Below are positions 25,201 through 35,800 of a DNA stretch of 64,000 bases, piece after piece (the stretch's first letter is position 1; each line of letters opens with the position of its first letter). A model generated the notes under the pieces. It was not told the origin of the DNA, made no database searches, and was given only the letters and a program-made list of their open reading frames with translations. The stretch covers positions 1 through 64,000 of the forward strand of contig JBHGNT010000068.1 of the NCBI GenBank assembly GCA_043228905.1. The letters are read 5' to 3'. A program made the position numbers and the translations under genes. The stretch comes from Azolla caroliniana (Eukaryota > Plantae > Polypodiophyta).

Positions 25201-28200
25201 ATGGAAGGCGGCGGCAGCGGGCAGCCGGGGATGATGGTGCTGAATGCGCAGAATTACGCCGACTGGAAGATCAAGATGGAGGATCTTCTGATTGTTCGGG
25301 ACCTGTACGAACCGATTGACAGGTCGGAAATACCGAAGGGGGCACTTGAGTCGGAATGGAGGCTTCTGAACCGGAAAGCCGTTGCAACCATTCGGCAATA
25401 CGTAGACGTGAGCGTTCTACAACATGTGGCGAACGACACCAACGCATATGAGATGTGGCGGAAGCTGTCGGGCCTCTACGAGAGGAAAAATGCGTTGAAC
25501 CGGACCTCCCTGATGAGGAAGATAGTGAACCTCAAGTACCGGGACGGCGAGAGTATGGTGGAACACGTAAGCACGTTCATGGGATTCGTGAATCAGCTTG
25601 CGGCGATCAAGTTCCCGTTGGAGGATGCAATGCAAGCCATCATTCTGATGTGTACATTGCCGGAAAGCTGGGAGAACTTGGTGGTGACTCTCAGCACCTC
25701 CTGCACCGAAGATAACTTGTCCCTACAAACGGTGAAGACAAGTATTTTGAACGAAGAAGCGCGTCGGAGAGATAAAGAACCGGCCTCCGATCCGAAGATG
25801 TTGTTTACCGAATCGGATCGGGGAAGACAACGGAACCGGAGTCCGCAAAGACGGGAGAAGTCGGGGACTCGGTCGCAGTCAAGAGGAAGACCCACATGCT
25901 TCCACTGTGGGAAGCCGGGGCACTTCCGGAAGAATTGTCGGCATTACCGAAAGGACAACGGAGCCGACGACACCGATTCGAAGAAGTCTTCGGAACGGAA
26001 CGGTGCTTACCGGGGAGCCACGGACCGGAATGGTTCGGATCGGCGAGGGCAGGACCGGAAAGGAACGACGGCACTCGCGGCAAGTGAAGAGGAGATCATG
26101 CTCAACACCGAAGAAGGTGAACTAAACATTGCCGGCGATGAGACTACCTGGGTGGTCGATTCCGGAGCGTCGTTCCACCTGACCCCAGAAAGAAGATACT
26201 TCTCATCCTACACAGCCGGTGAGCATGGCTGTGTTCGGATGGGAAATGAAGGTACCTGCCGGATTGCCGGCATAGGAGACGTGTGGTTGACAACCCCGAC
26301 CGGATGCAAAATGCTACTGAAGGATGTCCGACACGTTCCGGAGGTTCGATTGAACCTGATTTCGGCTGGGAGGCTAGACGATGAAGGCTACACAGGTAGC
26401 ATCCGGAACGGCGTTATGAAGTTCAGCAAGGGGAGCCTGATAGTGGCTCGAGCCCGGAAAGTGAACACACTGTACCTTATGAATGCCTGGCTGTGTCCGG
26501 AAGAGTTGAACGTGGCAGCCGACACTGCCGGTGAGCTGTGGCACAAGAGACTGTGCCACATGAGTGAGAAGGGGATGAAGAGGCTTGCAGAAGACAACCT
26601 TATTCCAGTGAAGCATGTGCACCTGGAGAAGTGCACCGATTGCCTGGCCGGTAAGCAGAACCGAACCTCCTTCCACTCAAGGCCACCGACGAGACGTAAC
26701 GCACCATTGGAGTTGGTGCACACTGATGTGTGTCAGGTAGAAACGAAGTCACATGGCGGAGCCCAGTACTTCGTAACATTCATTGATGATCACAGCCGGA
26801 AGCTGTGGACGGCACCGTTGAAGACAAAGGACCAAGTGTTGTGCGTCTTCAAAGAACTCCACGCGAGAGTGGAAAGGGAATCCGGCAAGAAGCTGAAATC
26901 GATACAAGCGGATAACGGAGGGGAATACCGGGGGCAGTTCGCAGAGTACTGTCGCTCGAAGGGAATCCGGCTCGAGTTTACTGTGCCGAAGACGCCGGAA
27001 CTGAACGGGCTGGCCGAGAGGATGAACCGGACCATAATGGAGAGGGTCCGGAGTATGTTGGCGCATGCGAAATTACCCAAGGGGTTTTGGGCTGAGGCAA
27101 TGTCGACGGCGACATACGTGATAAACAGATCACCCTCAGTACCTTTGGACGGAGACACGCCGCAGAGAGTGTGGACCGGCAGGGAAGTCTCCTACCGGCA
27201 TCTGAAGGTGTTCGGGTGTCTCGCATATGTGCATGTGGCTAAGGACCGGAGAGGAAAGCTAGATCCAAAGACCCGGCCATGCATATTCCTCGGTTACGGC
27301 GATGACGAGTTCGGCTACCGAGTATGGGACCCGGTCGACAAGAAGATATTCCGGAGTCGTGATATCATCTTCATGGAGAACAAGACACTCGCCGACTGGG
27401 AGTCGAAGAAGAAGATGAAGAGCTCCAAGTCGACCGGTGAGGATCAACTCTACGAGGAGCAGTCCCGACCGGCAAGGGACCGGTTAACACTTGAAGAAAC
27501 AGAACCGGCCGAAGAAGATGAAAATGATACCGGAACCGGCCCCGATCCCGAAATGGATTCGGATGAAGAAGAATCGGAAGAACCGGTTACCGAAGCTCCG
27601 GAACGGAGATATCCTCTAAGAGAGAGAAGGGCCCCCCGGAGATTTCCGGAACCAGAGCACGTGCTGCTAACCGACGAGGGGGAGCCGGAGAGCTTTGAAG
27701 AAGCAAAGCATGACACCCAGAGCCGCAGGTGGTTGAGTGCCATGCAGGACGAGATGGATTCCCTGCATGAGAACCACACATATGAACTTGTGGAGTTGCC
27801 GAAAGGAAAGCGGGCACTTCGAAACAAGTGGGTGTTCAAGCTGAAACCGGGAGATGCCGGAAACCCCCCGAGATACAAAGTCAGGATCGTGGTGAAGGGG
27901 TTTCAGCAGAAGAAGGGCATCGACTTCGACGAGATATTTGCCCCGGTAGTGAAGATGACCTCCATCCGGACGGTGCTGAGCATAGCGGCAAGCATGGACC
28001 TCGAGGTAGAACAGATGGACGTGAAGACGGCATTCCTTCACGGTGACCTCGAAGAAGAGATCTACATGCAGCAACCGGAAGGATTCGAGAAGAAAGGGAA
28101 GGAGCACCTGGTATGCCGGTTGAAGAAGAGCCTTTACGGACTGAAGCAGGCTCCCCGGCAATGGTACCGGAAGTTCGACTCTTTCATGACCAACGAAGGG

Positions 28201-29253
28201 TACCTCAAAACGCAGTCCGACCACTGCGTGTTTGTAAAGAAGTTCGAAGGAGGAGACTGTCTAATACTCCTCCTGTACGTGGACGACATGTTGATCGTCG
28301 GACGGGACCAGGTCAAGATTCGGATGCTGAAGAAGGCTCTTCACCGAACCTTCTCAATGAAGGACTTGGGTCCGGCGAGGCAAATACTAGGGATGCACAT
28401 CATCCGGGACCGGAAGAAGAAGCAGTTGTGGCTGTCACAGGAGAAGTACGTGACAAAGGTGCTTCACCGGTTCAACATGTCGGAAGCAAGACCGGTCGGG
28501 TCAACACTCCCGGCAAACTGCAAGCTGTCCAGCAAGCAGAGCCCCAAGACAAAGGCTGAGAAGGAGGACATGATGAAAGTACCATATGGCTCTGCCGTCG
28601 GGAGCTTGATGTACGCAATGGTGTGTACCCGACCGGACATCGGATATGCAGTCGGAGTGGTGAGCCAGTACATGAGCAATCCCGGCAAAGAGCATTGGAA
28701 CGCGGCCAAGTGGATACTCCGATACCTGAAGGGCACGGCAAACGTGTGCCTCCGATTCGGCTCCGGTAAGCCCGAACTCGACGGTTTCACCGATTCGGAT
28801 ATGTCGGCTGATGCAGATACCAGCCGGTCCACATCAGGGTATGTGATGACGTATGCAGGGGGAGCTGTTTCATGGCAGTCGAGGCTGCAGAAGACGGTTG
28901 CGTTGTCAACCACGGAGGCGGAGTACATGGCGGCTGTTGAAGCCGGCAAGGAAATAATATGGATGAAGGACTTCATTAGAGAGCTCGGTATCCGGCAGGA
29001 GGAGTACCGACTCTACTGCGACAGTCAGAGTGCAATCCACCTTGCTAAGAACGCGGCCTATCACTCCCGGACGAAGCACATCCAGCGAAGATATCACTGG
29101 ATCCGGGAAAGAATAGAAGACAAGGAGTTCGTGCTGACGAAGGTCCACACGGACGAGAACGGGTCGGATATGCTGACCAAGGTGCTCACACCCGACAAGC
29201 TGGAAGCATGCCGGAAGAGGATCGGATTGGAAAGACATCCCATGCCGAAGTGA
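25201..29253 (+). CDS. Copia gag-pol polyprotein (GAG, CCHC knuckle, protease, integrase, RT, RNase H)
   Basis: Motifs CFHCGKPGHFRKNC, WVVDSGAS, WHKRLCH..CTDC, VHTD/ADNGGEY/AERMN, MDVKTAFLHG, LYVDDM, FTDSD/EAEY/YCDSQ appear in copia domain order. Confidence 0.97.
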   Translation: MEGGGSGQPGMMVLNAQNYADWKIKMEDLLIVRDLYEPIDRSEIPKGALESEWRLLNRKAVATIRQYVDVSVLQHVANDTNAYEMWRKLSGLYERKNALNRTSLMRKIVNLKYRDGESMVEHVSTFMGFVNQLAAIKFPLEDAMQAIILMCTLPESWENLVVTLSTSCTEDNLSLQTVKTSILNEEARRRDKEPASDPKMLFTESDRGRQRNRSPQRREKSGTRSQSRGRPTCFHCGKPGHFRKNCRHYRKDNGADDTDSKKSSERNGAYRGATDRNGSDRRGQDRKGTTALAASEEEIMLNTEEGELNIAGDETTWVVDSGASFHLTPERRYFSSYTAGEHGCVRMGNEGTCRIAGIGDVWLTTPTGCKMLLKDVRHVPEVRLNLISAGRLDDEGYTGSIRNGVMKFSKGSLIVARARKVNTLYLMNAWLCPEELNVAADTAGELWHKRLCHMSEKGMKRLAEDNLIPVKHVHLEKCTDCLAGKQNRTSFHSRPPTRRNAPLELVHTDVCQVETKSHGGAQYFVTFIDDHSRKLWTAPLKTKDQVLCVFKELHARVERESGKKLKSIQADNGGEYRGQFAEYCRSKGIRLEFTVPKTPELNGLAERMNRTIMERVRSMLAHAKLPKGFWAEAMSTATYVINRSPSVPLDGDTPQRVWTGREVSYRHLKVFGCLAYVHVAKDRRGKLDPKTRPCIFLGYGDDEFGYRVWDPVDKKIFRSRDIIFMENKTLADWESKKKMKSSKSTGEDQLYEEQSRPARDRLTLEETEPAEEDENDTGTGPDPEMDSDEEESEEPVTEAPERRYPLRERRAPRRFPEPEHVLLTDEGEPESFEEAKHDTQSRRWLSAMQDEMDSLHENHTYELVELPKGKRALRNKWVFKLKPGDAGNPPRYKVRIVVKGFQQKKGIDFDEIFAPVVKMTSIRTVLSIAASMDLEVEQMDVKTAFLHGDLEEEIYMQQPEGFEKKGKEHLVCRLKKSLYGLKQAPRQWYRKFDSFMTNEGYLKTQSDHCVFVKKFEGGDCLILLLYVDDMLIVGRDQVKIRMLKKALHRTFSMKDLGPARQILGMHIIRDRKKKQLWLSQEKYVTKVLHRFNMSEARPVGSTLPANCKLSSKQSPKTKAEKEDMMKVPYGSAVGSLMYAMVCTRPDIGYAVGVVSQYMSNPGKEHWNAAKWILRYLKGTANVCLRFGSGKPELDGFTDSDMSADADTSRSTSGYVMTYAGGAVSWQSRLQKTVALSTTEAEYMAAVEAGKEIIWMKDFIRELGIRQEEYRLYCDSQSAIHLAKNAAYHSRTKHIQRRYHWIRERIEDKEFVLTKVHTDENGSDMLTKVLTPDKLEACRKRIGLERHPMPK

Positions 29254-29261
29254 AGGGGGAG
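29247..29261 (+). other. Polypurine tract overlapping the gag-pol stop codon
   Basis: gaagtgaagggggag lies immediately before the 3' LTR. Confidence 0.88.
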
Positions 29262-29263
29262 TT

Positions 29264-29864
29264 TGTTGGGATTACAGTCCCTTCGGATGGGATGATCGGA
29301 TGTCGGAGATGAATGCCGACGAGCCCAGTTTCGGTTTCGGAACCGGATGATGGAGACCCCGGCTTCGGAGCCGGATGACGAATGTACCCGGAGAGAGATC
29401 CGGATGCGGGGACATATCCGTGAATATGTTTGCTAAGGGCCCTTGAGGCTATAGTTGTAAATAGCCCCAAAGTCATATGTGTATAAATATGACTTAGGGC
29501 AAACAGTTTTAATGTTGCTATTATTTTTCTGTTTTTCCACTCAAGAGGAGTGAAGAGAGAGCAGCCGTGAGAGAGATAGAGCGTGAGAGAGGAAGAGGTC
29601 GACGCCTCTGTGTATTTCCGCCGCCTGTGGCGAGGACAGCGAGCTCAAGGTCGTCGCCTTGCAGCTCGCCATTGTATATTTCTCTGTGCATAAGTTTGAT
29701 TTGGAGTCTTGTACTCCCGTGGTTTTTCCCGTACAGGGTTTTCCACGTTAAATCGTGTGTCCACTCTATTTTTCGCATTTCCCATTTTACTGCAACAACG
29801 ATTCGTGTGTTTCCTTGGTTGTAGCCGAGAGGTGAAGTTTGGAAAGTGTCGATTGTTTCCATCA
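29264..29864 (+). repeat. 3' LTR of the intact copia element
   Basis: Near-identical to 24570-25170 and followed by the TSD atgtg. Confidence 0.97.
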
Positions 29865-29872
29865 ATGTGTTG

Positions 29873-30286
29873 TGTAAACGATTACTTGCGGAAGCGTTAG
29901 AGAACAGAGAAAGCAGAGAATACACAGAGTACACGGGAGAGACAGAGAGAGCAGAACCTCAAAGCTATATTCAAAAACGATAAAAACACTCTCTCCATAC
30001 AACTCTGCTCAGTAGCACTATTTATACAAGTCTTCGTGGGACTAACAGAAGTACCGCATACTTCAATGCTCACATGAGCATCTGACACTTACTACGAGAC
30101 TATAACTGCCTAGTAGTCTAAACTAATACTAGGCTTCCGGTTACCGATTGGATCCGGCTAACCGGCTCCCCAGCTCACCGACTCTATTGCTTGTCGGCTC
30201 AGTTACTCACCGGCTTACCGATCCGTCTCGCTCATCGGCTCAGGCTTCTCCAGCCAAACGACTCCAGTTGAGCTTGTCGCTCAACA
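29873..30286 (-). repeat. 3' LTR of the decayed copia (414 bp)
   Basis: Runs tgtaaacg...gctcaaca and is homologous to 40535-40924 with many substitutions and a ~24 bp indel. Confidence 0.9.
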
Positions 30287-30718
30287 CTCCCCCTCAAGCT
30301 CAACTTGAGGTTGGATCCTAGTGTTAGCCTCTATGGCAGTCGGTTCTTCCAACCGACTTCTCCTGACGTCGCTCTGCCTTGCTCGCGCTCCTTGTTCAGT
30401 TCGGTCCCGTTTGCCGCGACCCTTCTGGTTCTGCGCACCTCGACCTTGTCAGTTGGCACATCTGCTCAATAGGCCCCTCAAGCTTCTCCAGCCAAACGAC
30501 TCCAGTTGAGCTTGTCGCTCAACACTCCCCCTCAAGCTCAACTTGAGGTTGGATCCTAGTGTCAGCCTCTATGGCAGTCGGTTCTTCCAACCGACTTCTC
30601 CTGACGTCGCTCTGCCTTGCTCGCGCTCCTCGTTCAGTTCGGTCCTGTTTGCCGCGACCCTTCTGGTTCTGCGCACCTCGACCTTGTCGGTCGGCATGTC
30701 TGCTCAATAGGCCCCTCT
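30244..30718. repeat. 238 bp tandem duplication containing the PPT and the LTR edge
   Basis: gcttctccagccaaacg...tcaacactccccctcaag...ctgctcaataggcccctc occurs at 30244-30481 and again from 30482. Confidence 0.9.
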
Positions 30719-30872
30719 CAGTTCCTTCGCTGCTATGACTCCGGCGCTTGCCGATCCATCGGTTTCTCCACAATGGCATCGACTTCCGCTGCATCCGTGT
30801 CTGCTTGGCCTCTAATTGATTCGGTTCATCCGGATCCATCTGTTGATCCGAATCGGTTGTCCCCGATTCGTT

Positions 30873-31860
30873 CTAGCTCTTGTCCGAGTCGATATCCTCC
30901 GACTTGTCTTTCGGTTTAAGGCCCTTCACAACATCAGACCATGTCCGGGTCTTGGCCTTGCTTCCATCCTCGGCTTCTTCAGCCCGCTTGTCTCCCCCTC
31001 TTCCGGTTCTTCCCTTACCGATGTCGGCAATAGTGTCTTTGCCTTTTCCCGTTCCGGTGTCTTTGCCCGTCCTCCCCCTCAAGTGTGGCACGTCGAGATG
31101 CTGAACACCAAACATTTCGGTGAAGTGTTGCAACTTGTCCGACCCGAGTGGCTTGGTGAAGATGTCGGCAAAATTGAAGTTCGATCTCACCGCTCAGGAC
31201 ACGCTCATGCACGAAGTGATAATGCACTTCTATGTGCTTTGTGCGAGCATGGAATACGGGGTTCTTGGTGAGTTGCATGCTGCTTGTGTTGTCGCAGTAG
31301 ACCCGAATCGGGGTCAGTACCTCGATCCGTAGGTCTTGCAGCAATCGCCGAAGCCAAATGGCTTCACAGGTGGCAACGGTCGCGCCCCGATACTTAGCCT
31401 CAGTGCTTGACAAAGCCACTGTTGGCTGCTTTTTGCTACTCCACGCAACAGTTGCACTCCCAAGGGAAAACATCAAACCGGAGGTTGATCGGCGATCGGA
31501 TGCATCTCCGGCCCAGTCGGCTTCTGTGTAACCGACTAGCTCTTCGGGTATACCGCGCCGGTATAACAGGCCCCAGTCCTTCGTGCCGCTTACATATCAC
31601 AGTATCCACTGCGCACACTGAAGGTGCTCCACGGTCGGCTTCTGCATGAATTGACTTATCATTCCGACCGGATAGCTGATGTCAGGTCGCGTGATAGTCA
31701 AGTAAATAAGGCTTCCGACGATTTGTCGGAACCGTTTCTCATTGCAGGTCGGTCCGGAGTTGGGACGAAGCTTCTGGTTCCGGTCTAAGGGTGTGGAGAT
31801 AGGTCGACATTCTATCATGCCGAACTTGTACAACATATTTAAGACGTAATGTCGTTGTGA
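30873..31860 (-). pseudogene. Decayed copia pol, 3' part (end of RT and RNase H)
   Basis: SQRHYVLNMLYKFGM..GSLIYLTITRPDI, WSSKKQPTVALSSTEA.Y, YCDN, HARTKHIEVHYHFV and ADIFTKPL are split by frameshifts. Confidence 0.88.
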
Positions 31861-32062
31861 GAAAGAAAGAAAGGTGTATTAACGTCTTCTAAGGCCAAAT
31901 TTGGCCCATGAGACAATTGGTTTACAACAATAGAGTATTTATCCAGTCATCATAACTAAAAATAAAATTAAGTAAAAAAAAAAAATAGAACTTAAACTAA
32001 AAGAGTTCTAGTAGTGTACAATATGTAGTATACTCGAAAGTGACTATACACTAAGCCTAATT

Positions 32063-35000
32063 TTATTTCCACCCAAGCCTCTCGAAAAGAAGTGGGGGGT
32101 CAAAGGGTCTTGATGTGGGTTCCAATGTAGAGAGTGCCCTAGCCATGGCTTCTAGGCGGTGTAGCTCACGTTCCCTTATTTTCAATATTGTGTCCACATC
32201 ACGTTGAGTTGTTTTGAAACCCGGCACCCGAGGACGTCTGGTTCTTCTCTGGTTTTCTGCCTCATCAATGGAAAGGCCGAGTGGTGCAAGTGTGTCGTCA
32301 TTCGTTGTCTCCTCAGGTTCCTGAAAAACTACATTTGTTACATGTTCGTGATCATTAGCAGCATTATTGTCAACATTTTGTAATTTATTCTCTCTGTGTT
32401 GTTTTAGTTCTAGAATGTATTTGCCTAATTTCTTTATATCTAGAGTATCTAATAGTTTGGGGAGGGTGGGAGACGGACCAAGTATGTCTTGGTATTTTGC
32501 CCTTATCTCGGCATAGGTTGGACACTTGCAAGTAAAGTGGTACTCATCCTCTATCTCTATGTGACATAACCTACATATCCTTTCCTCCCTAGGGACTCCA
32601 CTAGTACGGCCATTTTCAATCTCAAGTTGGTGAGATGATATTCTAAGTTGTCCAATGGCAACCCTTAGTGCATGTGGTAAGAATACATCTAGATATTTTG
32701 GTCGTGTGATAAAACCTAACTCAGAGAAGTGCATGAAGTGTTTCTTATAGTACGACATTTTAGATGGGAGTGGCTCTAGTGGGGTGATCCATTTACACCG
32801 AGTGTAAATTTGCCATATTTCTTGGCGTATTACTTTATTGCGGTTCTCATGAGAGATTAAGGTGTTATCACTCGTGTGGTTGTACCTAAGGGGAGGTAGG
32901 TTATTAATGTCTAGACCATTCGCAAGAAGCCAAGTCACCATCATGCCATACCATGAGCTAGTATAGCCGGACTCATACAATGATCGAGAGGCCTTAAAGG
33001 CTTGATGAGATATTCTATCATGTGGTTGGCTATGTATCCTATCAATGAAGACTACAAGTTGAAAAAGTGCCTCTACTAGCATTGGGGGTAACGTGAACTC
33101 GGCCCTAATAATGTCATGTGGTACAGTCGATTTGCTTCGGAGTTGGCGTGATAGCATCATCACCAATGGTCTCTCTAATTGCGTCCACATGAAGGATGGT
33201 AATCCTGGAGCCCAAACCGCAGATGCATACATGAGGAGGGGGTCACTAATGAGTCAAAGAGCCACCCTTTAGTCCGTGGCTCTTGAAAGTGTGCTTGGTG
33301 GCATTGTCTCTCTAGGAGTGAGAGGGATGCATGTCCTCTCGTGAGTCTATCCTTCGCTGCCTGTGTCATCGAAAATTTACCTGAGCGGGCACTAAAAGTG
33401 ACTCCGAGATATACGTACGATCCAACCACCTCGACTGGGCTATGGGAGATAGTTAGGTGACACTTAGCTCTAACTTGGGCCGATGTGTGGAAGATAAGGA
33501 CTTTCGTTTTCCCTAGATTCACTACCAATCCTCGTTGTACACAAAAGTCATCTAAGGCATTGAGGTGCCTCTGTAGGTCGTGTTCGGATTCAGAGAGCAA
33601 AACTATGTCATCCGCATAGAGCAAGATACGAACCTGCGTATCCTCAAGGACCACTCCGGTGCCTCCTTCACGAGCAATAAAATCTGTGATCTCATCAATG
33701 TAAATCCCAAAAAGCGTCGGTGATAGGGGGCAACCTTGTTTTACACCAATAGTGCTAGTGAAACGATTGGATAGGCCACCTGGGCATCGGACACACCCGG
33801 ACACTTGTTCATATAGTGCGTAGATGGCCCATACCATATCATCTGGTATCCTCAAGCTTTTAAGTCTATCAGACAACCGATCTCTAGGGACTGTGTCAAA
33901 GGCTTTGCGGAAGTCCACAAAACAACAATATAATCTCTTCTTGCGAGCCCTAGTTTGGTCAATTAGGCATCTAAGTGTGAAGATGTGATCAATAGTGGAG
34001 AAGGCTCGTCTAAAGCCAGCTTGTTCAGGTGCACGAAGGTTTAGGGTCTCCATGTAGTCGCTAAGCTCTGCTTCCATTACTGCACCATATAACTTAGCAA
34101 GGGTATGGCCTATCATAATGGTCCTATATGTATTTGGGTCCATGGGGTCCCCCCCTTTATGTATGGGGGTCACTGTATTCATAGTCCACTGTGGTGGAAA
34201 ACCCTCCGCAAGGGCACGATTGAAGATTAGAGTTAGCAAGGGAGCTAGGCACTCTCTCGCATATATAATGTGTTCTGCTCGCAATCCTGTGTGGTCCATG
34301 GACTTCCTATGTTGTAATTTCTTTATGACCTTCATGACCCTAGAGGTCGTGAAAAGTGTCCCCGTGGTAGGCCGGGGTGTGGAAGGCATTGGAAAAGGTG
34401 GTTGGTTTGGGATTTGGTAAAGTCTCTCTGTATATGTGTGCCAAGTTTCGGGATCTTCGATGGGTGTTTGTGGTCTTGGCTCCCGTAGTCTCTTCCATGC
34501 CGTGGCGCAATCGCTACTCATGAGCATATGGTAGAGTTCCCAGTATTGGGATGCCTCCCACGCTCGTCTCTTACGACGTGTCATCTTACGCATTTCTTTG
34601 CGAGCTTGTGTGGAGGTAATACTACCATTGAGTTGCGATACTGTAAGCTGTCTATGTAGGTCCCTACAATCCTCTTTCATACCATTTATTTTGTGGCATT
34701 GATCCTGATCTACCTTGATTTGAGTGTTTTGTATATGGGAAACTGCTAGCTGCTGCGGAGTGAAGGATGTGTGTGAGTTTTGTACTAAGGCTTTCTAACG
34801 GTAGAGAGGGATCAATGGAGGGGAGATGGGCCTGAACATGTTGAGAGTATATGTCAGAGAGCTCATGTGTGAAATGTATTGTGGTGTGATGGCATGGTTG
34901 ACTAGACTTGGTGACCTTAGAGATATCACATTTTAGCTCGAAGTATAAGAAGCTATGGTCTGCGCCAATAGGGCATGGGGCCACTCGGAAGGAGTTAATC

Positions 35001-35794
35001 AAGTGGGTAGCTGTCGGGCGCCCTATTAGATAGTCAACTGTGCTTTCCCCTCCTCCATGTGGGAAACATGTGAGCTCTTCCGAGCCCGGCCACTTAGCTA
35101 AACCATTATATATGACCATCTGGTGCCGACTGCCAAGTTCGAGCAGGTGATGGCCAAAGCTCGTGGCGTCCGCACCTTGATCCTTTGATCTACGTGTGGT
35201 GCCTATGTCTAAAGGATCAACATTTACCATTTCTAGGTTTCTATTCATCTGAAATACTGTGCATTGTCTGGATTGGGTTCTCGCATTGAAGTCTCCTACA
35301 AGAAATACTTCTCCTTGGGAAGAATATCGGATTATGTCATCCGATAGGGGTTCGTATGGAGAAGGCCCATGTGGCATTCCTTCATCGACTAATCTCGTCA
35401 AGCCACTAATATTATAACGGGATCCTTTTGGGGGAAAGTAACAAATGGCGAAAAATACTGCATGGTCTTTGCTTGTGGAGACTTTCACCCACATAAAACG
35501 AGCTTCTGGGTCTATCTTCATTATTTCTATCCTATTATGTAGCTCTCTACGAAATAGTATCGCGACACCTCCAGATCCCCTAGTAGTGTGTCGACGTGAG
35601 GTTTGTCTAAAAGCGGACTCCCAACGGAATCCTTCGACCCGTGGGAGTCCTCTATTTGGGCTCTGATGTGTTTCTACCAAGAAGAGTATATCAGATACCT
35701 TTAGTATCTCCTCTAGGCGGCCGGGGTGTGCCCAGAGTGCGCCATTACAATTCCATAGGGTCATCCTAAGTGCATTTTCTGTCACATGGGCCAC
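32063..35794 (-). pseudogene. LINE ORF2 (AP endonuclease, reverse transcriptase, C-terminal CCHC), broken by two 1-bp frameshifts
   Basis: APE motifs WNCNG, LVETH, VGDFNAR, STVDY, ADHS; RT motifs CCFVDFRKAFD, GVKQGCPLSP, LYADD, YLGV; zinc finger CRLC..EDEYHFTCKC. Frameshifts at ~34676 (extra A) and ~33236 (missing C; the paralog at ~44130 reads TCC CTC ATG). Confidence 0.9.
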
Positions 35795-35800
35795 ACGCCG

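Larger units (their letters stand above)
24570..29864 (+). mobile_element. Intact full-length Ty1/copia LTR retrotransposon (Tnt1/Tork-like), 5295 bp
   Basis: It has 601 bp TG...CA LTRs, a 5 bp TSD ATGTG (24565-24569 and 29865-29869), a PBS, a PPT and an uninterrupted 1350 aa gag-pol. The lineage assignment is by resemblance only. Confidence 0.97.

Noticed and set aside
25254-29238. Numerous antisense and alternate-frame ORFs in the copia element
   Set aside because: They are by-products of GC-rich coding sequence with no recognisable domains.
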